Positions 37,172-50,928 of a DNA stretch of 64,000 bases are shown in pieces. The notes beneath the pieces are model-generated. The model had not been told where the DNA came from and did not search any database. It was given only the letters and a program-made list of their open reading frames with translations. Each line of letters opens with the position of its first letter. Position 1 is the stretch's first letter. The stretch comes from Chiloscyllium plagiosum. Its lineage: Eukaryota. The DNA lies in NCBI RefSeq assembly GCF_004010195.1, contig NC_057731.1, positions 35,385,945 through 35,449,944 on the forward strand. The letters are read 5' to 3'. Made by a program: the position numbers and the translations under genes.

Positions 37172-39914
37172 CTGCAACCACAAAACAATTTGGCTGTTAA
37201 ACTATTTCTAACTATATACACTGAAGACTGGAAAACTTAAGAGTCTGTCAAGTGCTTATACCATAGAAGTTAACACTGATTCTCAACTGCAAAGCTCTAA
37301 GACTGCTTTACCTCTTAGTAATAACAGAGATTTAAGCAGCTAGCAATAAATGTGCCCTAATATGGTGTATAGAGCCAAGCTACTAGCCAGAAAACTAAAT
37401 AATAATGCAAACAAACAAATTTGATTTCATAGGCTAATAAATTCTAATTAATTATGAATCCAAGTCAAACAACAAAATGAATGTGAATTTTGACATCAAC
37501 GCGTATCTAATTCTAAATCTGATTTTCCTTTGTTCTGAAGGGTAATTCAATCATCGAACAATTTTTTTAAAATCATGGTGCAGGTATCTATTTTTCTTCT
37601 ATTCATATCTACTGTAATGATATTCCAGATTAAATTAATAAAACATAATTATCTTCTTTTTCATTATTATTAAAATATAAATGACCAACTGATCAACCTA
37701 TTGTGGTTTAATTACAACATCAGCCAGTCTTCAATGAAAAGTCAATCTTACATTGATTTTAAAGTTTTAATTGCATCTATGACACATTTCACTGGTTAAT
37801 GAACTGGTGTATGTATAAATTACTATTCAGGAGATGTCTATCAACTTTTTAACAACATTTTAAACTTTGGCATTCTCACATTACTTGCATACTTTAAATC
37901 TTATTGTTTCTCTTAAGAGTTGCAAAAGCTGCCTCTCAGTCTATTTTCTACATCTCCATTTTTACATGGTGTTAATAAACAAAAGATGGAGGTTCATATA
38001 TGTAACAGCTCCAGGTTGAAGAGAAAGAGAAAACACCAGGATGTTGTGATTAGGGAGGTGTGGGGAGGTCAGTTAGCTGGAAAGCTGCTTTGAGATGCAG
38101 GGTAATGCCAACAGTGTGGGTTCAATTCCTGTACAGGGTGAGGTCACCATGACGGACTCTCCCTCTCAATCTCTTCCCCTGTGATCTGATAAAATATGGT
38201 GGCTTTACTTTCGTGATTAGGTGACAACTGAATTTTAACAACTTAAAGATTGGAGAGGAATGTGGAAGGTTGAAATTCTGCAGTTCTAAGGACCTTGCAA
38301 TGAATGAGTTAGATTTAGAAACTGTGATGTGTCTTTGTTTAGTCACAGTACAGGGCAGACAAGAGGAAAAACATATAGGATGACACATTTTGCTCTTAAA
38401 GAGAAAGAGAGGAATGCTGAGAGGAGTGTTTTTCAAAGTGATATCAATTGTACATTATGGAAGATAATAAAATAACAGCAGGAATATTGAAGGGAAAGTG
38501 CATTGTAAATGTATATTTTCTGAAAGGAAGCAAAAGAAATGTGTTTCAAACTTTAAAGGAGAATACAATATCAGTGGTCAAGGAAAATTCTTAAATGGCA
38601 CTAACATTAACAAAATCTGTAAAGGATACAATGAATGAGGATTGCAGCCAAACATTTGTCCAGGTTCAAATATTTTTCATCCAAAATTAGTACAATAGAT
38701 GTGGAAATTAGATGTAATTAATCATCATCTTCCAAAGCATATACATTTGGAATTAACAGCAAATAATTTGAATTATATCGTTTCTCTAAATAGGAGTTAG
38801 AGGCAAACAACTAACACAATCCAGTGAATTAAACACATTAGGCAAAGTTCCTAGAGCCCATCATCAGAAAGACAAAAAGTGACGAGTTGGAAAATACCAG
38901 CTATACTGGGGAAGTGAACATGCTTTTGTGAAAGAGTTAACAACCAAGTGATCTGGTAGAGCTTTTGATGTTCACCAAAGTACTGTCCAGGAGATATTTG
39001 ATGAAATGCAACACAAGAAATTTCAGGGACAAATTGAAGTTTGTGTTATTCAAGTAATTTCTTGATATGGAAATTGGTTGGAAAACAGACAGTCGAAGTG
39101 TAGGAAAAGGGACATTCTCTGACGAGAAATACGGAACTGTGGACACAACCCCAACTGTCCACTACGTGGGAGTAACTTTGGAAGTTTCAGTTTCTGGCTT
39201 GGCTCTTCATAAGACTGCAGCACACATGGAATTCAGTTAAAGAACTGAACCTCTTGTGACTAATTCTTGACCCATGTTTAGTTAACAAGGCTTCATCCCA
39301 TCAGAAGAGGCCCACGTGTTACTGCTTTTTAGCAACCAAGCCTCTGAGCCCCTTTGAGACTTGTTGGATTCGGATGGGGTCTTGACAGTTGCAGAGAATG
39401 CATCAAAACACATCAAATAAACACATCAAACAAAATCCAGAACACTGTGGTCACTGCCACATGGACAAGCAAGGACAAAGGGTGGTGCCACAGGTCCTGA
39501 AATTGCAAGACATAGGTTAGTCAGAAACTCCAGTCTACCCTGGAGGTGCTGCCAGTCTCCAGCCCCCAGAATTATAGTGGGTGGCTAAGCAAGTGCTCAT
39601 GGAATTTCAGAGCTCGGGTTCCAAGGGAAAGCGGCAAGAGTTTAGAAAAATAACTTGCTTTTGATTTTGCACTCGTTTATCAGGAAGATGCAGAAACAAA
39701 AGGATCTTCCCTGCAACTTTCCAACAATCTGTCAGAAAGTCATGACACTGACATAACTGAGATTGCAAATTTGGTTATCATGGACACAAATTCATTTCTG
39801 ATTCTGAGCAGCTCTCCATCAGTTTTTGATAATGTTACCTAATTCTGGAACAATGTAATTTTCAACGCACAACAGTACGGATAAAAGGGTCCATTTCTTT
39901 CCTTTAATACTTAC

Positions 39915-40022
39915 ATCACTTGCAAGTTCATTAGCTCTCTTGGCATTGTAATATGCAGGTGTGATCATAGCAGGGAAACTGCCTTTGCCTCTGGTTTCCT
40001 CATAATCAGCAACGTCCTCTGG
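39915..40022 (-). CDS. NRAP: NRAP coding exon 9
   Basis: cag|PEDVADYEETRGKGSFPAMITPAYYNAKRANELASD|gtaagt; 108 nt; exact acceptor slightly uncertain. Confidence 0.9.
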
Positions 40023-41765
40023 CTGTACAGATGAATGAGACAATTATACCAATCAAAAATAATTATTTCTATATTGAAGGTTGTATGTAAGGATCATGTT
40101 ACTTGGCATTTCACTGGGCCACTCTTGAAAATCAATCTAACAATGAAAATGCAATAAAGGTTTTCAAAACATAAAGACCACAATCTTGTAGCTTACATCA
40201 GGGGGTTTTTATTATTTCAATTATGGAAAACTGGCACAAGTCATGAAGGGTCATGGCAGAGTCTTCTAATTGTTGTAATTGTTATTCTCAGGTAAACTGT
40301 TACCAGTCCTGAAGCACGGAACAAAATAATTCCCATTCGTAGCAAGAAGCCCTGCCTGCTTAGAGCTCCTATGAGAAATTAGTCTACACAGAGTGCATAT
40401 GATTCTAAACAATGATTGGAATGTTAAAAAAAATAGTTTGTATCCAAACTTGTAATCTGCAACACCATCAGTAGATACTCCATCATGGAAGTTAAAGATG
40501 GAAAATGACTTCTTACACAGGGACTCCTCTATAAAAAGGATCAGGTCACCCTGAATCAAGGATCGAAAATAGTGTGAATAAATCCGAAGAGGCCCATAAC
40601 TGTGGGCAAAGGAAATTTTAACTCTTGGGTGGAAATTCATTGGTATCTAGTTTTGCTGAAAATGCAGGGACGTGACTGTATTGAGTGCCAAAACAGGACA
40701 ACTAAGTCTGGCTTGAAATCGGGCCTGAGGCTGTGTTATTACTAATGGCTCTTTAGCACGTCTTTAAGCAGCTTGATCGCTTGAAGAAATTAATGTCAGC
40801 CACTTGCCTCATTGTCCTGTGTATTAGTGGAGGGAAAGAACAGCTTTGTTAGCTCAAACATTGTGGAATTGGGAGGGGTAAGCAATGTTCCTGCATCTTC
40901 AGCTACATTATCATAATCCACAGCAGAGTAACCCAGCACTGCACAAAATCCAATTTAGTCAATAAGCACAAAGTATACAGATGCTGGAAATCTGAAATAA
41001 AAACAAAAAGTGCTACAGGTCTGGTAATATCTGTGGAAAGAGAGAGAAACAGAGTTAATCTTAGTGTTAAGTCCAATATGACTCAAAGCGGCATACTGAA
41101 CTCAAAGTGTTAACTGTTTCTCAATCCACAGATGCTGACAAACCTCTTGAGTTTCTTTAGCACTTTCTGTTTCATTCCAGTTTAGCAGAGGAAGCCTGAA
41201 ATAGGAAATAGCCTACTTATTTATGGGAATGCTGGCACGAGGTTTTATTTTAAGTGACTACCAGGGGGATCTAAAAAAAAGTCTTTCCCAATATTGGGTT
41301 TGATGTATTTCAACCTGTCTTTGAAGGCAAGATGTTGGCTGTGAAATTGGATATTTTTTCATCAGTTTTACACATATGAAACAGGATTAATTTCGAGCCT
41401 TCTGTTTTTTAATAGCTAAATACTCATGCAAAATCCTCTGTGTTGAAATCTATATATAACTTTGTCTTTCAAACAGTTATTTTTAGCTGGAGAGGCATGG
41501 CTGCAGGCAGAACACTCATATTGCATGACTGCTGTACAAAATGGACACTGATTTGAAAACAAGTTTGGCTCCCAGTAAGGAAGATGTGAAGCAAAATAAT
41601 GAGAAAAACATTGACATTAAATGTCAATTTAAATATTCTTACACTTGATTAATGTTTCACATCTTTTATTAACTAACTTATATAAGTTTAAAATTAACTT
41701 ACAGATAATTCAAACATGCACATGATAGAGAAAATATTGAGACTACTTTCTGCTTGGAGACTAAC

Positions 41766-41870
41766 CTGACTGTATTTTACTGAATTTTCTCTTGTCATAG
41801 CAACTTGAGCACCTGCTGCTTGGCTCCAATTTCCCTTAATATTCTTTTCATAGTCTTCATGGTATTTAAG
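41766..41870 (-). CDS. NRAP: NRAP coding exon 8
   Basis: cag|LKYHEDYEKNIKGNWSQAAGAQVAMTRENSVKYSQ|gttagt; 105 nt. Confidence 0.9.
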
Positions 41871-44469
41871 CTGACATGGAAATGTAAAAGGAGAAAGAGC
41901 AAAAAATATGCAATGTTAAACCTGTTAACATTTTTTTTAAATTGGGGCCTTCAGTGGCCCCTTTAAGGACTGTTGTGTAGGTCTTAGTGCTTGAAATGAT
42001 GTGTGCAATCGTGCATTTATTGTGTAATCTGCAATCACATACAAACTATCCTGACATACAGTCTGAAACAGCTCTGGGAGCAGAAATTTGAACAATATCT
42101 GTTTTTTAGATAGATACACTGGATGATGACATTGCATTCCCATGTGGCATGTTTCCAGTGTAGAGTAAACACGCGAATGCTTCATGCTATATGAGCCCTC
42201 CAGTACCATTTCCTGTTTGAGATAAACATGCCTCACCATTAAATGTCTGCACTACCTTCTGAAAGTACATGTAAAACCTAACAAAAATTATTAATTTTCA
42301 CAGAATCCCACTGACTTTGCGGACTCAGTAACAACTCAGTGATAAAAGCATTTATAAAATGTACTTTTACAGTTCTAATTTGCCTTAACACCAATAATGA
42401 GATGTACTGGTTGGCTAAATCTACCATTTGGTGTCCAGAGTAGATGAAGTTGCTTGACATTTATGAAACTGGAATGTGTCTTGATAATTTTTTGTTTGTT
42501 TATCAAGAGGAGTACCACAATGGAATTAAAAGCAAGTAATGCTTTCAAATTTTAATAACATCGCTGAGCAAACTGTTGTACGAGACCTTTGGTTCTGAAA
42601 TGGTTACTGCAGAGGAGTGTATTAAGCTCTGCCCAATACGATCTCACAAGGACTTGCATGGGGAGAACAGCTTTCAATCTCAAAGGAAATTGACTCTGCA
42701 TCTAAGTCTCCTCATTGGTTGGGGGGGGAGCAATTTTCCCCTTATCTAAGTGTGGGGGTGGGCATGAGCAGACCTCCCCAACCAAGAAGATAATTCCCCA
42801 GATTGTTGCCAATCAGTCCTATCATAATCGCAATACTGGCGATCAAGGTCAGCCAGAGGGCAGCAGCCTCTTGGTTGTAATGCCCACCAGGCAATGCCTG
42901 CTCCTTGGGTAATCCGGTACTGAGATGGTAAGTATCTATTCTTCTTCTCGGGAACGGGGTGTTCAAAGGAAGAAGTGAGTTTTGGTGGGTGAGGTAGTAG
43001 CTTTCAGAGGCCAGCCCTTGTTGGCATCAATGCCTCTGGTTGCCCCCAGATTGGCTATTTTGCAACTTTCTTATGCCTTCATTTCTTGTGAATTAGGATC
43101 ATTCACATACATTAAAACAGAAATATTTTCACCATTGTGACATCTTGTCTTCATACATACATGTCACATTGCCACTGTGTCATAACATACATTATCTCAA
43201 AAGCTATCATTGTATCTCAGCCGATTGTATGAGCTGTTTATTTTCTTTAAACTGTGTTTTCCAAAGAAGGGAATTGATAGTAATTGCCTGTTAGGTTAGG
43301 CTCAAAGCAGGAATAACAAATATTCTACAGTCACAAATGATGACTCTAGTGTGGTCCAAATGTACATAATAACAGTAATCAAGAATGATACCATTATATA
43401 AGATTAACTTATTCTACCTAAATAACAGTTTCAATCTGGACAATGTCAAATTGGCATTATAATAACACACTTTGTTATGGTTAATCAATTGACACAGCCA
43501 GAGATGATTTCAGAAATCAATGTTAGGAAACAGTGATTTAAAATGTCCAAGAATGCTGAAAATTGTGCATTCCTAGAACATTAACATAAATTTCTGGATT
43601 ACTGGTCTCGTCTGGTGGCATTACTACCATTCACATTGTTCCTCTTAGACTTCAAAGCCTGCCTGGTGCATAAGTCCCTTGGTCAACCACTGGGGAAGTC
43701 TCCTTTAGATGGACAGTCAAGTGGATTCTTGATGACTTTGGGTGCCTGCAGGCCAGCTGGAAAATTCAGGTCAGCTTTTGACCTTAGGAGGCCTTAGGTG
43801 AATAGCCCTGACTCGGCACCCAGTCTCATCTGACATTCATGGAAATAGTCAGCAAGACAAGTAATAGTGTGATATTTCACACCTGCTTAATTCCGCACTC
43901 ATCCTCGTTGAGGCCAAAAACATCCACCTCAAATCTGAATTAAATGGACACTGAATCAAAAGGAGGTGATAATAAAAGGTATTGTCAAAAGCTTGATCAA
44001 AGAGAAGAGTATTAATGAAGTTCATAAAGGAGAAAAGAAAGGCGGAGGAGCACAGTAATGCAACACAAGAATTCTAAAACCTTAGGCCTAGCTGTCTGAA
44101 GGCACAACCACCATTGATGATGTGATGGGCATGCCAGAGGTTTCAAGGTGGGGTGGTACGGCTTGTTGAGGTCACAATGAAAATGAAGGTCAAGGTCGTA
44201 AAATTTTAAACATGAGAATGAGAATTAAATCAAAAGTGTCAGAGGGCAAGGAGTCAATGTAGATCAGTAAAATCTGGGATGATAGCTTAATAGGGTATTT
44301 CACAAGATTGGGAAGGATAAAAGTTTCTCAAGAGCATAGTTAGTGTGTTAAGCTTTATTTTTTGAATAGATACTTTCAGTATATGATGCCAGGTGTACTC
44401 AATTTACTCCCTGGAAACTGGGATTCATTTATAGATGTTAAAGTGGTGCAAAATGGAGCAGGCAATCAC

Positions 44470-45220
44470 AACTGTCACCAGCTTGGAGACGTGTGCATGT
44501 TTGTTTATTTAAGTGGGAAGAAGGCAGGGGATAATGTGAAATGAAGGATACAATGTTAAAAGGGGTGCAAAGGAATATGGGTGCATGTAAGCATACATTA
44601 TTGAAGATAGCAGGACAGCTCCAAAGAGTAGTTAACAAAGCAAACAGTATTTTCAGCTTTATCAGTAGATGCATAGATTGGAAGAACAAGGAAATTAAGC
44701 TAATCATATACAAAAACACTGGTTCGGCTGCAACTGCAGTTTTGGGTTGTATTCTGGATCTCCTTTTGGAAGTGAAGGCATTGGAGAGAGTGAACAAAAT
44801 ATTAATTCCAAGAATGAGGAACTTCAGTTCTGAAGGGGCATTGGGAAAGTTAGGATTATTTTCCTTTAGATAAGAGAAGATTGAAAGAATTTTTGACAGA
44901 GGTGTTCAAAATCATGAGGGTCTGTCCAGGATATACAGGACAAAAACTACTTGCACTGGTGAAAATATTGAGAAGACGAGGGCAAATTAATTGGCAAAAG
45001 AACAAAAGGCAACATAAGAAAGTCCATGTATGATTAAAATCTGGAATGTGTTGCCTGAGAGTAGGTGAAGGCAGGTTCAATTGAGACATTCAGATGGAAT
45101 GAGATTATTATCCAAAAAGGGAAAGAGTGCAGACTGCATGGGAGGAAGACTTGGGAGTGGGACTTGGTATATCGTTTATTCAGAGAGCCAGTGCAGACAA
45201 CAAACCAAATTCTGTGATTT
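44470..45220 (+). mobile_element. Old CR1 3' remnant
   Basis: VVNKANSIFSFISR...ALERV...LGKLGLFS. Confidence 0.65.
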
Positions 45221-45852
45221 AAAACACAGTGGGAGAATTTAGTTGTGAAATGAAAGAACAGCATTTCCAAAGGACAAATTCAGCAATGGTTAACCACAGC
45301 TCATAATAGTTTGAACAGAGGTTAAAAAAAAAGTGCAACATAGTAAAGCAACCAGTGTTGAGCAAGCCTTGAAGGTCATCATCCTGCCTGTGAACACATG
45401 ATCACTCCTGCCCTTTATATAACAACTATAAAAGCTACAACAACATGTTTAAAGGACAGTTTGACACAAAAGACAAGTTACTACATTGAGCAATGGAGAT
45501 GACAGTGATAAGACAAGTACACTGCCTTATATTTAAAAAACAATTCTACCAATTAAAATTAAAGATGCGAGATATTCTGTTTCAAATAGCTTAAGACATA
45601 ATTTAAATTTGTCCATAGTGTGCTGCAGTTGCAACACAAAATAATGAAGATGATCAAGAAAAAGAGTGCTTAAACAAAAAAAAAAGAGTAGCCAAGAATG
45701 ACTTAGGGCCGATTACAACCTTTTACACACATATCTGAAAGTTCAACCCACTCAGTCAAATGTCCATGTCGGTAAGATGTAGGAAAACTATGCATTAGAC
45801 TAAAAGGCATACTGTTGCCTGAAATATCCTTTCATTTACTGTAGATTGTTGT

Positions 45853-46180
45853 CATAGAGTCATAGAGATGTACAGCACGGAAACAGTCCCTTCAGTCCAA
45901 CCCATTCATGCCAACCAGATATTCTAAATTAATCTAGTACCATTTGCCAGCACTTGATCCATATCCCTCTAAACCCTTCCTAATCATATACTCATCCATA
46001 TGCCTTTTAAATGCTGTAACTGCACCAGCCTCCACAACTTCCTCTGGCAGCTCATTTCATACACGCACCACCCTCTGCGTGAAAACGTTGCCCCTTAGGT
46101 CCCTTTAAGTCTTTCCCCTCTCACCCTAAACTGATGCCCTCTAGCTCTGGACTCCCCCACCCAGGGAAAAGGCCTTGTCT
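45853..46180 (-). mobile_element. CR1 3' end
   Basis: Reverse complement of ~32330-32660. Confidence 0.85.
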
Positions 46181-46300
46181 CTGTATATAGAAAAAGAATT
46201 GAGGGAAAACAGGCAGTGGCAAGAAAACTGCATATCTCTTGTAAGAGGTTTTGATGGAAATCTCTGACACAATGGCCATACCTTTTGTACATGACGTACA

Positions 46301-46587
46301 AGATTAGATTAGATTAGATTACTTACAGTGTGGAGACAGGCCCTTCGGCCCAACAAGTCCACACCGCCCCGCCGAAGCGCAACCCACCCATACCCCTACA
46401 TTTACCCCTTACCTAACACTAGGGGCAATTTAGCATGGCCAATTCACCTGACCTGCACATCTTTGTGACTGTGGGAGGAAACCGGAGCACCCGGAGGAAA
46501 CCCACGCAGACACGGGGAGAATGTGCAAACTCCACACAGTCAGTCGCCTGAGGCGGGAATTGAACCCGGGTCTCTGGCGCTGCGAGG
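46301..46587 (-). mobile_element. HE1-type SINE, CpG-rich (young), 5'-truncated
   Basis: Reverse complement of the same family with an (AGATT)n tail. Confidence 0.85.
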
Positions 46588-48116
46588 AACAAGTCAGGTA
46601 AAGGACTGTGCTTCTGGTTTTATACAATTAAGGTCAGATGCATTTAGTATTTTCTGTTCCAAACAAAATGTGCCATCGCAGTAGTGCACTATTATGCCTA
46701 ACTTTGCAGATGTTATTTTCATTTAGAATTTTCTCTGTGTTACAGATATTCTAGATCCTTAGGAACAACAAGCCAGGTCTCTCACCATATAGTCCCTTCA
46801 GTATTATTTTAAACAGTTAGTTACATACCAGAGGATTTTAGTGAATTAGAGGAAGATATATACAGATTGAATCATTTAACATAAGTATTCCTCATGTTTA
46901 AGCAGGGCTGTCTGATTCTACTTCACTTAACTGAACCAACCACATGTCTACAACAGTAAGTCACAAGCTAGGTTTTATTGCAGGAAGTAACTCCCCTCCT
47001 GGCTCCCTAAAACCTGCCCACTAGCTGTAAGTCATGGTGGGATCATGGTGGAATACTCTGCACTTGCCCAGGTGAGTTTAGCTTTAACAACACCCAAGAA
47101 GCTGAACACCATCCAAGAGATGGCAGCAACAAAAATCAGAAAATGCTGGAAAAACTCAGCATGTCTGGTAGCATCTGTGGAGAGAAAGGAGAGACACCCT
47201 TGAAGACAAAGCAGCCTGTTTGAGCAGCAGCCCATCCACCATTGGCAGAGCTCACTTTCTCCATTATTACCACTATATGAAATTGCAGCAGCTTTTTCAA
47301 AACCGCCTCCAAAGAAAAATGCAAACTCTACTACCTGGAAGGAAAAGACCAAAGTTACATGGGAACACCATCACCTCCAATTTCCCCTCCAAGTCACCTT
47401 CCATACTAACTTCAGACTTCTTTCAGTGTAGCCAAAGAAAAACCCTCAAAACCTCTCCCCAAAGTATCAGGGGAATTATACAGCACATAAAATGCTGCAG
47501 TTTGATCAGTAGTATTCACCATCTTCTCAAATCAATTAGGAATTGTCAATAAATATAAAGTCCTGCGAATGATTGGAAAGAAACTCGAAGAAATTCAGGA
47601 GATTTCTCTGGAAATCTTTACACCTAATCTTTCAAGTAGCATACTATTTCAAATTGAAAGAACCGGATTAGATCAAAGACCACGAGATGGAAAGACCCAA
47701 GAGCTTCATCATAAATAATTGCTAATAGTTTCACTATTAATGAAATAGAATCAAAATGCAACCATGACCACACGCAACACCAGCAGTGCCAACATACTTC
47801 AAATGTTCCATCAATCCTTGCTGGAATTAATATTTTCGAGAATATTGTATATATCTCTCAAAGTGAACAGATAGCATCATTGGAAGAAGCAAGATTTTGG
47901 TTTCTTACAGGAACTGAAGGATTGCCAACTGCAGCCCATGCAGTACTGTCAGAATGGAAGGAGGAGAATGAAAGGATACTGATACAGTTCCCCAAGGAGG
48001 AAGAGATAATAGAATATAGATAGTTTAAGGCCTCTCTGCAGTATCCATTCTAAATAAAATAACTACATTCTCTCAAAAATTATCTTGCAAGTTATAATGT
48101 TAGAAATGATACTTAC

Positions 48117-48221
48117 ATCACTGGCCAATATGCCTCCTGCTTTGGCATGTAGTAACTGTGGAGTGTCCACCACTGAAGCATACTTGGAAATGTACTCTCC
48201 ATGTCCACGTTTATACTCCAC
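48117..48221 (-). CDS. NRAP: NRAP coding exon 7
   Basis: aag|VEYKRGHGEYISKYASVVDTPQLLHAKAGGILASD|gtaagt; 105 nt. Confidence 0.93.
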
Positions 48222-49024
48222 CTTCAGTAATTTAGATAGACACAAGCTTCAGTAGTGTCAAGCTTTAACAAATAAATATACTTACTCATCAAGTCTGAAA
48301 TCCTAAATGTTTTAGTAGTTGTTCATATTTGTCTCAGATAAACTTAGCTTCCTCATGGCTAAATCTTTGGCAAACTTAGCTCCTCTTCAACGGACTCTGT
48401 TTGACATGAACTCAGCCCAGGTTTCTGACTTGAAGGTCAGTGAAGGTGAATGCTCACTGAGACACGTGTTAAGCTTGTCAATCTTGCACAAGATCAGAAT
48501 TGAAGTAGCACCAAAATATCTGCTAAAGCCATATGTCCAGGAATATTACAGCAGCTAGAGCTATGCCTCAACATTCCCTGTTGATTTGAAACATCTGCAC
48601 AAAATGCCCATTGGGAAAAGTGTTATAGTAAAATAATTGTTCACAAGGATGCTGTTACGTAATGAAAAAGTCTGAAAGCACATTAGTTCTTGAGATGTGT
48701 AATACAATAGAAAATCTCTGACTTTGCAATTTCTATGCCAGTACAACTTATTTTTGTGCTCTCAGCAAACATCGTGACTAAGGTCATGCAGTTATAACTG
48801 TTTAGTTGCTACCAATATGAATGGCCAATCACTGTGTGCCTCGCTTACTGTGTGTAGACTCGCACTTTAGGCTAGGTAATTTCTCATCAACCTTATCCGC
48901 CTTTATTTTCTAAAGTTTTGAATGCAGAGATGTCTCAAACAGTTTGTGAATTGCAACATTCCGTTAATGTATGTTATCAAGTTTTCACTTCAGAATTATG
49001 GTAATTACAAAGTGCAGATCATTT

Positions 49025-49099
49025 CATGTTAAACATGTATAAATCAATGTTGTGAAGAGAATTCCATGACTCCCCTTCAACTGTTATGCAATTAATCCA
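49025..49099 (+). repeat. 75-bp direct repeat, second copy at 51830-51904
   Basis: Ungapped alignment with 7 mismatches. Confidence 0.85.
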
Positions 49100-49575
49100 A
49101 GTAAAATCAATACCTAGATACAGACTTACAGACCTCCAACACAAAAGGTTATTAATAAAGAATAAATTATCTATATTTTTGTCTTCCAGTAAGATTAGTT
49201 TTAAAGATTGTTTAACCATTTCATTTCTTTCTTGAGTTTGTCAGTGTGATGCACCATTCTGGTTGCAATGGCAAGTTCCATAGTTCTTTGCCTCCCTTAA
49301 AGTCGTTACTCAGATGTTTGAGATCAGGCTGCAGATAATTTCAATTATCTTTCAATTCATCCCCCTCACTGAATGTAAGTGCCTGCAAACTACTAAATGA
49401 ATCCCACACTGATACTGGTTATATTGGTAAATTAATTTGGATCACTTTCTCAAAGTCCTATCCTATCACTAACAGCACAGCATGCATTACAGTAGCACAA
49501 AACATTATCATTATCATTCACCATTAAAGTTTTAACTTAAACTAATCTCTAAGTTAAGCTAAATCAATCACTTAC

Positions 49576-49680
49576 ATCACTGATAGCTTTTTGAGCCTGG
49601 GCAACTCGTACAAGCTCTGGATTTGTAACACAAGCAGAGTACCAACTTTTGTCTTCTTCATAGGCAGCCTGGTAAGCATG
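49576..49680 (-). CDS. NRAP: NRAP coding exon 6
   Basis: cag|HAYQAAYEEDKSWYSACVTNPELVRVAQAQKAISD|gtaagt; 105 nt. Confidence 0.93.
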
Positions 49681-49828
49681 CTGTCAATTTAAAAAAAGGA
49701 AAACCACTTGAATAAAGTATAGAACTGTGACCTAATTACATTAACTACTGCCAGAACCAATGCTTAATCTTGAAAGATGTAAAATAAATTATGGTTAAAA
49801 CAAACAAAAGAAACTAGTCATGTGCTAC

Positions 49829-49933
49829 CTTGCTGACAAGTTCTGTATTTTTCTGTGCTTGAAGAAGAGAGGGCATATCTGGTGGTAGGTAATATGATTC
49901 CTTTGTTTCATCCCATGCCTTAGTGTACTGCAC
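49829..49933 (-). CDS. NRAP: NRAP coding exon 5 (nebulin module, no recalled human NRAP counterpart)
   Basis: cag|VQYTKAWDETKESYYLPPDMPSLLQAQKNTELVSK|gtagca; 105 nt, phase 0. Confidence 0.85.
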
Positions 49934-50442
49934 CTGTAAGGAAGCACCTTTGTTCAATAATGGAGCTTCTTTGTGTTTGTATGTAAAAAGAAAGCACAGT
50001 GACATAATGAGGGAAACTTTCTTGGATGCAGCAAATATCAGAAAATGGCAAACATCTAATATTTGTCTTTTAATGCCTTTACTACTACAGAACTAGGAAG
50101 AGCTCAACTAAACTATTATCATTTTTGTGAAACATCAAAATGCTAATTGCTGATTTACGTCATAGCCCACTTTACATGTATCACAATTTTTAACATGTAT
50201 CAACCCCACAGGTTCTGAAAATACATTGGGTAGTACCTGCCCACATCTCTGTAGCTGACTTTGCCAAGGTTTCCTGTTTACTAGACAGGTGCTTTACCTA
50301 CCAACCTTCGCATAAACCAAATCATCCGCCGACATTTCCGCCACCTCCAAACAGAGCCCACCACCAGGGATATATTCCCCTCCCCACCCCTCTCCGCTTT
50401 CCGCAAAGACCGTTCCCTCCGTGACTACCTGGTCAGGTCCAC

Positions 50443-50780
50443 NNNNNNNNNNNNNNNNNNNNNNNNNNNNNNNNNNNNNNNNNNNNNNNNNNNNNNNNNN
50501 NNNNNNNNNNNNNNNNNNNNNNNNNNNNNNNNNNNNNNNNNNNNNNNNNNNNNNNNNNNNNNNNNNNNNNNNNNNNNNNNNNNNNNNNNNNNNNNNNNNN
50601 NNNNNNNNNNNNNNNNNNNNNNNNNNNNNNNNNNNNNNNNNNNNNNNNNNNNNNNNNNNNNNNNNNNNNNNNNNNNNNNNNNNNNNNNNNNNNNNNNNNN
50701 NNNNNNNNNNNNNNNNNNNNNNNNNNNNNNNNNNNNNNNNNNNNNNNNNNNNNNNNNNNNNNNNNNNNNNNNNNNNNNNN
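50443..50780. other. Assembly gap (N run)
   Basis: Run of N. Confidence 1.
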
Positions 50781-50892
50781 CTGACCTATCACCTTCATCT
50801 CCTCCCCCACTGACCTATTGTACTCTATGCTACTCTCTCCCCACCCCCACTCTCCTCTAGCTTATCTTCCACGCTTCAGGCTCTCTGCCTTT

Positions 50893-50928
50893 ATTCCTGA
50901 TGAAGGGCTTTTGCCCGAAACATCGATT
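50893..50928 (+). ncRNA. Minimal hammerhead motif (helix III broken by G>A)
   Basis: ATTC-CTGATGA-A-GGGC-TTTT-GCCC-GAAAC-ATC-GATT. Confidence 0.65.

Noticed and set aside
45398-45412. Plus-strand ATGATCACTCCTGCC (MITPA) matching the exon 9 motif in inverted orientation
   Set aside because: Only ~14 nt match and the flanks do not extend the similarity; compatible with chance.
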